Assembly (NCBI RefSeq): GCF_009914755.1
Contig: NC_060931.1
Strand: one strand, 5' to 3'
Source: the human T2T-CHM13v2.0 reference genome, Homo sapiens
DNA length: 64,000 bases
This document shows positions 43,135 through 59,149 of the stretch, one piece after another. The notes beneath the pieces are model-generated. The model was not told where the DNA came from. It ran no database searches and worked only from the letters and a program-made list of their open reading frames with translations. Numbering within the stretch: the stretch's first letter is position 1; the number at the start of each line of letters is the position of its first letter. A program made the position numbers and the translations under genes.

Positions 43135-43325
43135 CTAAGAAGTGTTGGGGCCTCAGTGCCATCTTTCTCTAGATATTTATGCGTCCTTGAACACACCTTT
43201 TCAACTTTCCTGAGCTCTCTTTTCCTCATCTATAAAACCAATATGATTATCTCCAATCTCCCTCCACTAAAATGTTTCCATTGGTTAATGACAAATGCTT
43301 ATGATGTTACTGTCTCTGATGATGA
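43135..43325 (+). mobile_element. MIR fragment
   Basis: CTGAGCTCTCTTTTCCTCATCTATAAAA MIR core. Confidence 0.6.
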
Positions 43326-43344
43326 TTGTAAAAATATCTAATAT

Positions 43345-43640
43345 ACACTGAGACCTAAATTATGCATCAGCCACTGACCTGTATGCTTTATATACACTAA
43401 CTCATTTAACTCTTCCCAAGAGGTAACTCATTTAACTCTTCCCAAGAGGTAACTCATTTAACTCTTATATACACTAACTCATTTAACTCTTCCCAACAAC
43501 CTGTGAGGTAGATACTCTGATTATTTCTGTCTTATAAAAAAGGTTAAATAACTTGCCCAAAATCAAAGAGATAGTCAACGGCTGATATTAGAATCTAGGC
43601 AGTTTGGCTCAGAGGGCTCAGTTCTAACCATTACACAGCA
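43345..43640 (-). mobile_element. MIR carrying a 77-bp locally templated insertion
   Basis: TGCTTTATATACACTAACTCATTTAA...CAACAACCTGTGAGGTAGATAC...AGGTTAAATAACTTGCCCAA...GGCAGTTTGGCTCAGAG. Confidence 0.85.
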
Positions 43641-43966
43641 CTACAATAAATGATCAGACTTTACAGTGTAACTATAAACAGAGTCTTTATCAATGAGTTT
43701 CCTCAGAGTTTCACGTTTGCTGGCATTAATGTAATTTCAATCTTTAATTGCTAAACATTTAATTCTCTGCTTGTATATCAGATATGTTAAAGGGATTTCA
43801 CAGATATAAAAAAAATGTGATCCTTAAAACAACTCTCTGAAGGATGTTGGGTAGTTTTACAAAATTTGCACTCATGAGAAAATGGAGGCTGAGACCTAGA
43901 CATTTATGATATGTCATAATTACAAAGTCAAGCTGCTTTAAATCCCTTATAGAAAAAGGAAAGGTA

Positions 43967-44281
<315 letters not shown>

Positions 44282-44379
44282 TCATAAAGCCAGTGAAGAA
44301 CATAACAACATAGTCAGAAACTTGGGATTTCTAACTTCTAGTCAGTCAACTGAATGTTTAGCACTCTCCAATCTTTTCT

Positions 44380-45320
44380 CCAACCCAGGTGTGTCTCCTG
44401 CCTGAGATCCTGACAAGTAAGATTTAATATACCCAAATGAAATTCATCATTTTGCCCCTAAACCTAAGTTTTCTCCTAAATTCTTTCTTCTGATCAATGA
44501 CATCAACAATTACTTACCTGAATCAGAAATCTGGAAAACTCTTCCTTTCTTTCCTTCAATCTTACATTGTCAACTCATTCTATAAATTCTACCTTCAAAA
44601 TATAGCTCAACTCTATCTTCATCCCCATTGTGCTGCTTAATGTCTTGAATCATTTGCAGGACATAAAAGATCCTCTGTGATTGACAACCATTAATTCACC
44701 ATCTTTCATTTCTTCTGAGACTACAGTCTTACCAAATGACTTGTAGTTCCTCATACTTTAGCATAAGTTCCATTCATGCCTCTGTGAATGAAAATTTCTC
44801 TGCCTGGAATTCCTGTTTGCTGTAAACACCTCCTTATCCTAAACACTTGTCCACTAAGAAATTTTTCCTTACCTGTCTCCATCCCCAAGCCAATTATCCA
44901 TTCTTTCTTGTACATTCCTGAATATAGTACCTTTCATATTATAGTTTAAGGGTAATAAATAAATCTCATTTGAATAGATTTAGTTCCAGGCTCTGTACTT
45001 TTAATGTTTTCTCTAATCCTTAAAAAAGACACACACTGAAATTATTATCCCTGAAACTTAGAAAGGTTAGAAGTCTATAATTCAGAAGTGAGGAAGCCCA
45101 AGTTTAAAATATGTTTACTCCCCAAATCTTATGCCCTTCCTATTTCAAAATGTTACTTCTTTAATTATTTGCTTACATGTCTTTCTGCTCCATTGGCCAC
45201 TAAATTCACAGAATGTAAGAAGTATGTCTTATTCTATGTCTTATTCAAGGCTGGGGCCCCAGTACCTGGCACGGGATCTGGCATAGAGAAGGCACTCAAG
45301 TGTCTGATGAGTAAATAAAT
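44380..45320 (+). mobile_element. Degenerate L2 with MIR-like insert
   Basis: Ends CCCCAGTACCTGGCACGGGATCTGGCATAGAGAAGGCACTCAAGTG...TGATGAGTAAATAAATGA, an L2 terminus. Confidence 0.6.
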
Positions 45321-46790
45321 GAGGCCGTGTGTTGTTTGGCTCACTAAATAAAATCCTATTGTTATTAACTGCCATTTAAATGGAAATGCCAGTTTTATGA
45401 ACATGACTGATGGAGAAATAAGATTTGAACAATGTTTATGAGTTTTTAATGTAATTTTTATTGACTTTTTTGTATCCTAACTCATTAATAAAAGAAATAA
45501 AGAATAATACTGGCATGCTTTATCTCCCAACATTATTCAAATTGAATTGACTTTTTTCTTTCAATAAGATGCCAGGAGTAAATTATTTCTGTTCTTCCAG
45601 AAAGGTACACCTATTTTCACACAAAAACCTAACTCCTATATTATAAAAATATAGTTGCATATACAGTAGACACAAGTTTGTCTGTATATGTTGATGTGAT
45701 TACATTACTTGACTCTTGACTCAAAGAGATTATATTACTCAACCCAAAAAGCAGTTGTGGTAATCACTAAGTAATTTTTAAAAATTATATAATAATATAT
45801 GGAGTATTCTTTATTTAAAGATGGCAAATTCCATCATTTATCTGACAGGAAAAGTTTATCCTAAAGACAAGCTTATCCTAAGAATAGGGACATTCTGCTA
45901 AATAAATTTCAGTTTGTGGAACTGGCAATGGTGAAATTAAGGTACTAAGTTCTTTTCCTAACCTTATAAAAGATCAGAGTTCTTCCTACTGTGATGCAGT
46001 AAAGACTCAGTGAATATTTACTTATTTGTCCTAGTAGCCCCAACATACTTTGAGAGCAAAATTAAAGGTGAAAAGTGAATGCTATCAAAACTAACAGATG
46101 AAAAAAATTCTGAAGATTTTAAAGTTGCTCAGAGATAAGATTTTGATGGAGGACCTTTGGTAAAGAACTACTCTCAAAACATTATGGCTATTCATTAATT
46201 AATAACAGTATCAAAGAACATCGGAATTTAAACTGAGAGATCAGTTGAATATACTCAGAGGCAGAAGTCTGATCTATGATATTTCTTTATCATTCAGTAA
46301 TTGCTTGGAGAACACTCTACTGATGGGATCACACTAACACATGAAGTGGTCATTCACTTGGACAACCAACAGTGTCACTGCATATGTAATAATTACATAC
46401 ATAATGCAATACTTACATTATAAACATTCTCTATAGGCCAGGAGATTTAACGCTGCTCAACTAGTTTACATTATAATTATGGGTATTATCACCTACATTA
46501 ATTTTTTAAACAAGACAAAAAATGGATACGTAAATAACAAAATATGAAAGGGTATGAAATGAGATCTGAATGTCTCCTTTCACCCTTCTTTAGCCCCTAA
46601 TCATTTTCTCCCATGTAACTCCAGTTTCTAGGCATTTGTCTCTATTCACAGAAAACTGCTAATTATTTACACAAATAGGATAGACTAAAAATAATTTTCT
46701 GCAGCTATTTTAATACTTAACGTATATTAGAACTCTTTGTATAGTTCTAGATAAGTAACTATTTTTAATGTTTGCAAAATATATATGAAT

Positions 46791-47003
46791 TCCCCAGGCT
46801 CAAGAGATCCTCCCATGTCAGCCTCCTGACTAGCTGGACCACAGGCACACACCACCACGCCTGGCTTATTATTTTTTAATTTTGGTAAAGATGGGTTCTC
46901 CCTATGTTGCCCAGGCTGGGCTCAAACTCCTGGACTCAAGAGATACTCCATCCCCGACCTCTGAAAGTGCTGATATTACAGGGATGAACCACCGCTCCCA
47001 GCC
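46791..47003 (-). mobile_element. Partial AluJ lacking the 3' end and tail
   Basis: CAGGCTCAAGAGATCCTCCC...CTATGTTGCCCAGGCTGG...CTCCTGGACTCAAG...CCACCGCTCCCAGCC. Confidence 0.88.
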
Positions 47004-47004
47004 T

Positions 47005-49520
<2,516 letters not shown>

Positions 49521-49524
49521 CCCT

Positions 49525-49670
49525 ATATCCTCTCCATTTCAAAGCTGAGGAAATTGAGGTTCAGAGATAAGCAACCCACCCAAAGACCGTTATTAAACAG
49601 GACAGTCAAAATGCAAACCTAGGCATTCTAACCCCAAGTTCTTGTCCTTGATGTCCAAGCACACTGCTTA
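49525..49670 (-). mobile_element. MIR fragment
   Basis: CTCCATTTCAAAGCTGAGGAAATTGAGGTTCAGAGA. Confidence 0.65.
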
Positions 49671-49769
49671 GGAGACTTTTCAATTGGTTGCCAGCACTAC
49701 CACAGAGTTCTTTTTAGTGAGATTTCACAATGGTCCTTGCTTTGCCCTCTGGGATTATAATATACCTTC

Positions 49770-50060
49770 ACTCATCAAGCATTAGGTTGCTTCTATGAGC
49801 CAGGGCCTGAGCCCCATGATGAGGATGCCAAAATGAATAAGATATTGTCCTCACTTTCAAGGATTTCACAATCAACTGGGGAGACAAATGTGCAAACAAG
49901 ACCTATAGCGTTGTGTGACAAATACTGTAACAGTACTTTGTACAAAGAATTTTGGAAGCACAGAAGAGAGGGTGATTAATTCTGCCCAAAGAAGGGAGTA
50001 GCTGGAATCAGGGGCTTGACAACAAAAGCACATTTTAATTGGACTTGAAGGATAAATACA
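49770..50060 (-). mobile_element. L2 3' fragment
   Basis: TTCACTCATCAAGCATT...ATGAATAAGATATTGTCCTCACTTTCAAGGA...GGAAGCACAGAAGAGAGGGTGATTAATTCTGCC. Confidence 0.65.
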
Positions 50061-50422
50061 TCTAATCCCTTTATTCACAGGAAAAGAGTCCTTCACATAC
50101 TTGAATACAGCTATTGTGTATCCCATGTAAGTTTCCAGTACTTTGAATAAAGACATACTAATATCATCAAGAATATATTATGAAGATGAACATAGAAAAC
50201 AAATCACATAAGAAACACCTCTGGAAAATATGTACTGATCCTTCTGCAAGGATATATGCAAATTTATTAAATAAATCAGCAGTTAATCATGAGAGAGTTA
50301 GACAAGTTCACCTAACAGCCATGCAGTTTCTTCTAAATAAGAACTAGAAACAAGTGTGCAAACTAAAAAGACTGTTCTCAAAGTGCTCCTATCCAGATTT
50401 TTTAGTCATCTCTCCTCTAAGC

Positions 50423-50636
50423 CAGAGGTCAGCAAATTTTTTATGTAAATGACCAGACTAAACATTTTAGGCTTTGTAGGCCAGATGGTCTCAGAAAACT
50501 ATTCTGCTCTGCCCTTGTAGTGTGAAAACAGCCATATATAATATGTTAATGAATGGGCATGCTGTGTTCCAAAAAAAACTTTATTTACAAAAATAGGCCC
50601 AGATACGGCCCACGGGCCATAGTTTGCTGACTCCTG
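50423..50636. mobile_element. MER58A hAT-Charlie MITE
   Basis: TIRs CAGAGGTCAGCAAAT / GTTTGCTGACTCCTG. 8-bp TSD CTCTAAGC / CACTAAGC. Confidence 0.92.
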
Positions 50637-50679
50637 CACTAAGCCATCTTTCTTCTTGTGTTCTCCCTCCTTCCCCTGC

Positions 50680-50850
50680 ACAGTAGTAAGAGCGTTAGGT
50701 CTGGAATCATCAGAATTTTAATTCTACCCTTGCTAACAACCAACTGTGTGATCTTAAGCAAACTGCTTGATCATTCTGGCACTCTGTTTCTTATGTCAAA
50801 TCAAGGATCTTTGGATTATATGATCAATAATGGCCCTCCTTAAATTCCAA
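50680..50850 (+). mobile_element. MIR fragment
   Basis: CTGTGTGATCTTAAGCAAACTGCTTGATCATTCTGGCACTCTGTTTCTTATGT. Confidence 0.65.
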
Positions 50851-53177
50851 AGAATCACTGCAGAGTATGTCTCCTCCCCTGATACTCCTAATTCATTCCA
50901 GCATGGAATACACTATATGAGAGACTGGCAAAAAATAAATGTGACCTTAGGTGATACTAAAAGAAATGTATATGTCAAATGAAGATGGGGCAAGCCTAGT
51001 CTACTCTACACAAGATATATCACATGTAAAGTTCAATTATGAGTAAAACACTAACAAGACTCTCCACAGGAAAACAACCAGGGATCTAAAAGATTCTGAA
51101 GATTTTGGTAAATGAGATATGGTTGAAAAACCTGGGCAAGAGTGGAGAGCAAAAATTTAGTGAGCATAATACTATCTTTCAAAATGCTTGTAACCAAACA
51201 AATATTAGAACATAAATAAAATATTCCAGGCCTAAATGATATTTCTGAATCCTCAACTATAATGAGTATAAGTTCTGTGCCTTCTAAGTCTTCGTAGCAT
51301 CTTGAGTCTGTAAAGTTATTGCTAATAACAATGTTAGAAGTAACATCATTTCCAATACTTCATATATGTATGGCTATTTAAAGTTTATATCCTTGTATAT
51401 CACATTGTTCAAGCTTCCTGATCCTATGAGATTGGCAAAGATGGTATTATTATTGTCTTTTTACAAATAGGAGAGCAGAAATTCAAAAAGTTTATTCTGT
51501 ACCTAGAAGATTACTGAATAAACAACATAAAATGGGGAGGTGCTAAAGCTAAACTCCCCAATCAGGTTAGAAAATGTAGATGGAAGACTAAAACAGACAT
51601 CACCAAATATTTTATAGAACATCATCTCCTTTATAATTCTCAGAGGAAGGAGAGCTTGGGGGAGTGGGATATAACAGCTTAACAGCTTCAAAGCACTTTA
51701 CATTTGGAAATAGTTGCCTAGCATTTTGCTTTAGCTGTTAGTGCTCAATTTACCTAATTTTTCTGTTAAGTGCTTCAATCACATGTAAATGTGTTATGAA
51801 TATAGCTCATAAAATGTCTGAGGGGTGGTGTTCTATAATAAAACAACCCCAAATGGGAAGAATTCTAAAAACGAAAAAATATTCCTTTCCATTTCATTGG
51901 TTTCAGATAAATGCCTTATTCTTAGAAAAACAAAAAAACAAAAAAAGAGAGAAAAACCCCAAGCATCTGTGAATAATTCAAAGTACTAAATGGCATGAAT
52001 AGATTCATATTTTAATGTTATACTTTCCTTTTATCCAGACACAACTTTGAACATAATAAATCTAGTTTTAGAACTTGAAATCCTCAAGACTCTGCATTTG
52101 GTCTCTTTTTAAAATATGTATAATTAACTTCATCTTTGAAGGCTCCTGGAGGTTGTAGAGGGCAGAAGAAATGTGTTTTTGTTAAAATGAGCCAATCTGT
52201 GGGAGGCCTCCCAAGTTTCCTGCATAGAAAATTACAAAGAGATTTGAGAGAGAAGCAATATTGAAGCTAGGTATCCAAAGAGAAAGGATATTATGCATTG
52301 ATAAATTAATCTCAATCAGCGCTTTTTTTCCTGGGCATTGAGGATACCAATGAGGGAACAGGGCTGGGGCAAGTCACATATGTGCTTAGTGTCATTCCCT
52401 TCCCCAACTCTCCAAATTTTCTTAGGTTAAATCAGATTATTTATCACTAACATCCCAGGTTACCGTGCATGAGAAAAGAGGTTAAAAAAGGAATGATTTG
52501 TAGTGTGCTTAGAAAGGAAAAAGGGACATTCTAATCTTGTGTAGAGAAGTTGAGGGAATTGATGGGCTGACAGCATATACATGGGCCTTATGCCTTTTTA
52601 GCAATAGTGAGGCTCCTTCACTTTCCTGTGGACCGCTTCCTTCTAGAAGCTCAGGTTCTCCAAAGGCTGTGGCTAGGAGGGACAGCATTTAGGACAAACG
52701 TGTTGGACTTCACATGGGGGTTTGTTTCTAAAAAAAAACAGTCTATAAGACAAAAATGACCTGAAATCAAAATACCCTTGAAGATCTCTTACAGTTTCCT
52801 TAAAGTAAAGTGGACACAGTTTTACATACACAACCCTGTACTGTAACTATTCATAAATATAATGTTCTCAGTAGGACACAGTTTATAATAAAGAAGGCCA
52901 TCTTGTACTGCAAACAAAAAAAACATCAAAATATTTCAATTTTAAAAATGCACTCAGTGATGTGAGAGGCTAATACCATGAGGTGTGCAAGAAGCCACTT
53001 GAGAGTCATAGTATGGAATGGAGACCAAATTGTCCCTACTGTTTATAATGTCAGATACCTCCTCTCCTCTTTTTCTTTTTATTTTCTCTCTCTTCCTCCC
53101 TTGCTCTCTTTTCCCCACCAGCTGTTGTTGAAATCAAGTAAACCTGGACACTCAGATACTCCAAGGCATTTTGAGCC

Positions 53178-53825
53178 TTACCAGTTTTCTATTGCTACCA
53201 TTACAGTATATGTACAATCACCACAGACGTATAGCAGCTTAGAGCAAACACAGGCTTAGAACAACTCAAGTCTATTACCTCACAGTTCAGTAGGTCAGAA
53301 GTCAGAACTGGCTGCTCTGGGTTTCCCAAGGCCGAAATTAAAGTGTCTGCTGGCCTGGCCCTGGGGGAGAGTTCACTTCCAAGCTCATTTGGATTGCTGG
53401 ACAAATTTAGCTCCACGTAGCTGAAGGAGTGAGGTCTGGCTTCCTTGCTGCCTGTGGACTGGGGTCGTTCTCAGTTTCTAGAGGCCACTTGCATTCCTCG
53501 ACCCTTAAAGTTGGCAACAGTGGGTTGAATCCTCATGTTTCAAATCTCTCTACCTTCCCTTCTACCTCATCTTTCTTCTGCCTCCATCTTCAACAGCTTC
53601 TCTCTAACTTTTCTGTTTTCCTGCTTTGCTTTTAAGGGTTTGTGTGATTACATTAAATATTGCCCCCTCCCCTAGAAACATTCAGGTTCCTTATCTAATT
53701 TAAGGTCAGAATTATTAAACTTAATTCTGTCTCCAAAGTCCCTTCACATAAGTATCTGGGTGAGTGTTTGATTACACAATTTGGGAATGGGAATCTTGAG
53801 AAAACTTCTTTATTCTTTCTACCAT
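53178..53825 (-). mobile_element. MLT1 (E-like) MaLR LTR
   Basis: CTATTGCTACCATTAC...CTCACAGTTCAGTAGGTCAGAAGTC...CAAGGCCGAAATTAAAGTGTC...GCTTTTAAGGG...GTGATTACATT...CTACCA. Confidence 0.75.
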
Positions 53826-54317
53826 ATGGTAATAACAAATTATTGGCCTTTCAAACGTATCTTGTTATAGCCCCTAAAATATGCTGCATATTTAGCCAAA
53901 AGACACAAGCAGCCAACTTGGTAAATAAGATCTCATTTGCAAAATGAAAACCGAAATGGAAACTTATCAAAAGAGGCTGTTATGAGAGGTTACAAATATT
54001 TCAATAAAGGGTTGCAATAGCAAGTATAAAAATAACCATGCACTAAAAGAAGAATGCTCTGGCCTGACGAAAATACTAGAGGGAAAGAATCTGCAGAATC
54101 TTCATTTGTTCTCTAGACATTTGGGGTCACTGATTTATTCAGAGGTACCCAGGTATTCTTTCCAGGTGAAGTCTAAAGTGTTTAGTGCTTTAAAACAAAC
54201 AGTGCTCTCAGACTTGTTAGAGGCTTCGGTGAAAGTCCCTAATTGAAGCTAAAGGTCCCAGCAGGGTTTTTTTTAAAACTGCTTCCGAACTGATTTGACT
54301 TTAAAACCACTCTGTAG

Positions 54318-54625
<308 letters not shown>

Positions 54626-55492
54626 CCCTACTCTGTCATTCTGATTTTAGCCAGGTTTTGCACTGTACTGTCGTTATCCTGGTATATTCATGGGTTTTGC
54701 TAAATAACATCTTAGCAAAGTAAGCCATGCTAAAGTTCAGGACGTCCCAGTATGTGACACATTCCTTCTCTTCTAGCCAGTAGTCATAGACCACTCTCTT
54801 CAGCTGACAAGCCTGCCTTCCCTATTTTTCACAATCTAAAAGGGGCCTGCTGGTGGCGTGCTTCCTAGCTTTTCTGTAGCTTTACTTGGCCTGGTGACCA
54901 TTGGTGAACTCAGAACGTTGTGAAGCCCAAGTCTCGAGCTATGTACCTACCCAGAACTGAATTTAAGTCACATGGATCACCACTTAACCCTGGACAGGCA
55001 TTTTGCACATAGTGATAATAATAAAAAGTTTCTTTTGTTCACAAGTACCACCAAGAAACTTAGAATTCTTCATAGGAATTCTGCTATCACAGAGATAAAA
55101 ATTACTGGAGTATGAGAATGCAGAGGGAGAATTCAGGTTTCTCTGATCATATGAATAACATAAACATATAGAAATAGACACAGAAGTCGTGATGAGTTTT
55201 TCTAATTCTGAGAATGCATTTAGGTAACCAGGCCAGTAGGAGAAAGGATTAGGGCAGGTTTCCCTGCTCCCTCCAGTACAGCTCCTGACATGTTTTCCTC
55301 TGGGAACTCTACTGGTGATCAGTAATGCCTCACTCCCCTCTGCCACATTCTACCTCATACATAAGATGTAATTAATTGTCATATTATGGCCTTGCTTCCT
55401 ATTTAATGCAAGGGAGAACATTTATTGCATTGCTGGAGATATTCATTCTAGAACAAGAAAAAGTGGAGCTCTTAGAAGAGTTTTAATCATGA

Positions 55493-55800
55493 GGTCGGGC
55501 ACGGTGGCTCATGCCTGTAATCCCAGCACTTTGGGAGGCTGAGGCAGGCAGATTATCTGAGGTCAGGAGTTTGACACTAGCCTGGCCAACATGGTGAAAT
55601 CCTATCTCCACTAAAAATACAAAAAGTAGCAGGGTGTGGTGGTGGGTGCCTGTAATCCCAGCTACTCAAGAAGCTGAGGCAGGAGAATCGCTTGAACCTG
55701 GGAGGCAGAGGTCGCAGTGAGCCAAGATTGTGCCATTTCACTCCAGCCTGGGTGACAAGAGTGAAACTTCGTCTCAAAAAAAAAAAAAAAAAAGAGAGAG
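55493..55800 (+). mobile_element. Full-length Alu (Sq/Sx-like)
   Basis: Dimeric Alu with an A18-(GA)n tail. TSD AGAGTTTTAATCATGA (55477-55492) / AGAGCTTTAATCACAA (55801-55816). Confidence 0.95.
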
Positions 55801-56696
55801 AGAGCTTTAATCACAAAATTAGAGTATTTTTAATTATGTCTTGCCACCTAGGGGCATTCTTAGACCATCTGGGGGGATGGCTGATTTTTAGAGACTTCAT
55901 AGTACATTCACTGAGGCAAAACAATAAATTTAATCTTTCAGCTTTTTCAGAAGTTCAATATTAGAAGACGATTTAAAGCAATGACTTTTTTAAATAAAAT
56001 AACTTGCATATTAAACATTACATTTCATGTTACAGAAGGCCTAATATGACAAATTCAGGATAAATTTCCCCTGTATTTCAATGGTAACTCAGCTGTCTAA
56101 GTGCATCTCAGCCCTTTGGTTTTATTTAGTCAGTGAAAAAGATTTTGGTTTCTGCTTAGCTTTAGCTCAAACTCCTTTGAATGGGGCAAACACAAGCTGT
56201 ACCATTCTCTTTGGTTTATGCCCAGTCAATTCTCTCATTTACTTACCAGCCTGATTCATGAAGGCCTCTGAGATGAATATGAAAGTTCTCTTCAGGTAAA
56301 CAATGAGAACTAGATCAACTAAGTTATTTTCTTTTTTGCTTCAGATGCCAGTAACTTGAGAATTAAGTTTAGTGCTCATCTATATTAATAAATTCATTTG
56401 AAGTTGCTTCTAGCGTCTTTCTCCTTATAATTTCATTGGTTGTTCTAAGTTTATTTAGAAGTCTCTAGTTTTTTATTGTAATTTATTTTTAAAGCTTCTT
56501 CAAATATTCTTTATGAATAATAAATCTTAAATGTAGTTTTAAAACTGGGACTTCCACAGAAATTCACTGTAGTTACTGCTGGAGCACATTCAGTTTAGAC
56601 TATCACTTTCCCATACCAGCACAGCAGCCTGTCATGTAAGAAATGGTCACTAGACATAAATCAGGCCTTACTGGTCATATTAACACAAAGTTAAGA

Positions 56697-56740
56697 GTGT
56701 GTGTGTGTGTGTGTTATATGCAACTTTATATATATATATA
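56697..56740. repeat. Compound (GT)n / (TA)n microsatellite
   Basis: Directly visible. Confidence 0.9.
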
Positions 56741-57149
56741 GTGTATATGTAACATATACACATTAGCTCAACTCAATACTGAAGAAAGTTGCTAAACAGT
56801 GTTCTAGCAATTCATCAAGGAGACTGGTACCAGAAGAAATAGGAGACAACCCCTGGAAGGAAGAAAGCTTTGTGCTCCGTCCTTCCAAGTATATAAGTAT
56901 AAACATATATACCTCACCATTATACCATCTTAGAACAAAGAATTAAATTTTTGAGTTCACAGCTTTTGTAGTTTAGTATTTGCTGTACAATCAAAAACTT
57001 AACTCTTGAGTTGCAAACAGTTTGAAGAAGAGAAAACTATAGCATGTGACAGTGCAAAGTATGAAAGTAGACTAAGATTGGGAGCTGACTTTTCTACAAA
57101 GAGAATTGTAGGGATTAAGACAAATTTAACTGAAAGAATTGGAAGAAGA

Positions 57150-57460
57150 GATTACAGTTGGCAGTAGTGATCTTCTCAAACACCCTGGCCTTTGTGGAGT
57201 AAAGCACAACTTGGTTCTCATGAAATAGGTGCTTTTTCCCACCTGCCAGGGGCCACAGGCCTGCCATGTAACCAATCACCCTCAGAAGAATGGATGCCAG
57301 GTAAACACTGAGTGCCATCAGCCAGGACAGGTGCCAGATGGAAGCATTCACCTGAAAATTTTTTTCCCCCAGAGAAAGATTCATCACCTGTGCCACCTAG
57401 CCTTAGAATCTCACCACCAGAGCACCTTAGGCAGGAATAAGTATGTAAAACAGGTAGCTA
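57150..57460. promoter_or_regulatory. Candidate enhancer (E-box / TGCCA / forkhead cluster)
   Basis: Four CACCTG/CAGGTG, one CAGATG, six TGCCA, one GTAAACA and one CCAAT within 57240-57395, in sequence I do not recognise as a repeat. Confidence 0.45.
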
Positions 57461-58651
57461 AATCACCTTTAGTGCTCAGAGCAGGAAAAAATGTTTGCTT
57501 CACCTAACAATAGTAAGAACAAAATAAAAACTTTGCTGCAAAAGGATCAAAAGAGATTTTGCCCAGGGGCTTATTTCTGGGAACAATATGAGAGAACATG
57601 CTGGGAGAGAGGGTAGTATGACTCTAACTATCATTATATGTTAAAGAATAAAGGTGTTTATTATCTGAGGCCAAAGGTCTGATCCACTTACCTAATATGC
57701 GGTATGGCAGTGCTTTTTATAGACTCTGAAATTTTTGTCCTCAGATCTCTCAGATGATCAAAGACTCTTGGAAAGCTGCCAAGAAGGTCTCTGGCTCATC
57801 AACCTGCTTTCCCCAAACATCCTGAGAGCCCTAGGACCAAGGACAACTATAAACCAGAGAAAACAACCAGGAGTAGCAAAGCCAGGACAATTAAAGTGTT
57901 TGGTTGTAAATTTCAAATCATTTCTCCAAACTAAAATACTTGCCTTTGTTCCCAGAAGGTAGTGTTGTGTTAAACTCAGTAGCATTTTTTTTTTTTCTCT
58001 TCCTGAATCTCTTTTTCTTTCTCTGTGAATTCACTTGGTAGAAATGAGAGCTATGATCTTTGCATATATGACACTGTATTCAATAAATGTTAAATAACAG
58101 AAGATTAGAACTCTTTTAATAATTCTGTTTGTTATTCTCATTGTTTGTTTTCTCTTGTTCTTCTTATTCAACAAATCTTTCTTCACATGCCTCACATTTT
58201 TTGAGGGCAGAAAATTTTTGACCCATTTTTCCCAATGGGTCACTGACTTTGCAGAGCATGGCATATGCTGAAATGAACATTGTAATTACATTTACACCCA
58301 GGGCAACACCCAATTGTTCACTGTCATTTGTAGCTAGAAGCACCTACAAATGACATATATTAATGAATGACAGATCCTGTGGTGAGTTAATAAGATAACA
58401 AATCTCAGTCAGTATTGCATAAATTGGGAGTGGAGGGGAGCTGAGTTCTTTGTAAACATGTGACCTGGTGGAATGAAATCTCTGTAAGAGCAATTCAGAA
58501 ATGATAAGGTTAGGTTAATACTGGTTCCTGTATTCCCGCTGTTCTATCAACCCACTCAATTCCTACATTCCAGCTGGTTGTGTTCCAGAATTTCTCTGAG
58601 AGTAAAACCTGAATTTACAAGTATTGTCATAAATTGGGGGGGTGGTCCTCA

Positions 58652-58992
58652 TGATATGATTTGGCTGTGTCCCCACACAAATCTCATCTGGAATTTCCAT
58701 GTGTTGAGGAAGATACCCAGTAGGAGGTAATTGAATGATAGAGGTAGGTCTTTCCTGTGCTGTTCTTGTGACAGTAAATAAGTCTCACGAATCTGATGGT
58801 TTTAAAAGGGGAGTTTCTCTGTACAAGCTCTCTTCTCTTGCCTGCTGCCATGTGAGACGTGCCTTTCACCTTCCATCATGATTGTGAGGCCTCCCCAGCC
58901 ACATGGAACTGAAAGCCCAATAAACCTCTTTCTTTTGTAAATTGCCAGTCTTGGGTATGTCTTTATCAGCAGTGTGAAAACAGACTAATACA
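58652..58992 (+). mobile_element. THE1A-like MaLR solo LTR
   Basis: TGATATGATTTGGCTGTGTCCCC...CTTTATCAGCAGTGTGAAAACAGACTAATACA. Perfect 5-bp TSD CCTCA. Confidence 0.93.
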
Positions 58993-59149
58993 CCTCATAA
59001 ACACACATGGCAAAATTCTCTCATGCATCATAAGTTATTAAAAAATCCCCTTAGAAACCTCTGTGGCCCTAGGCTTTTGGTTGTTTGCCCTTGTGCTTTA
59101 GGTGGCTGATGTGGTATAATGAAACATAAAGCATTAATGAAATTCTCTT

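Noticed and set aside
43388-43496. CRISPR-like array of 22-bp repeats
   Set aside because: The linkers are 4-10 nt and locally derived, the repeats lie inside a MIR, the context is eukaryotic, and there are no cas genes.
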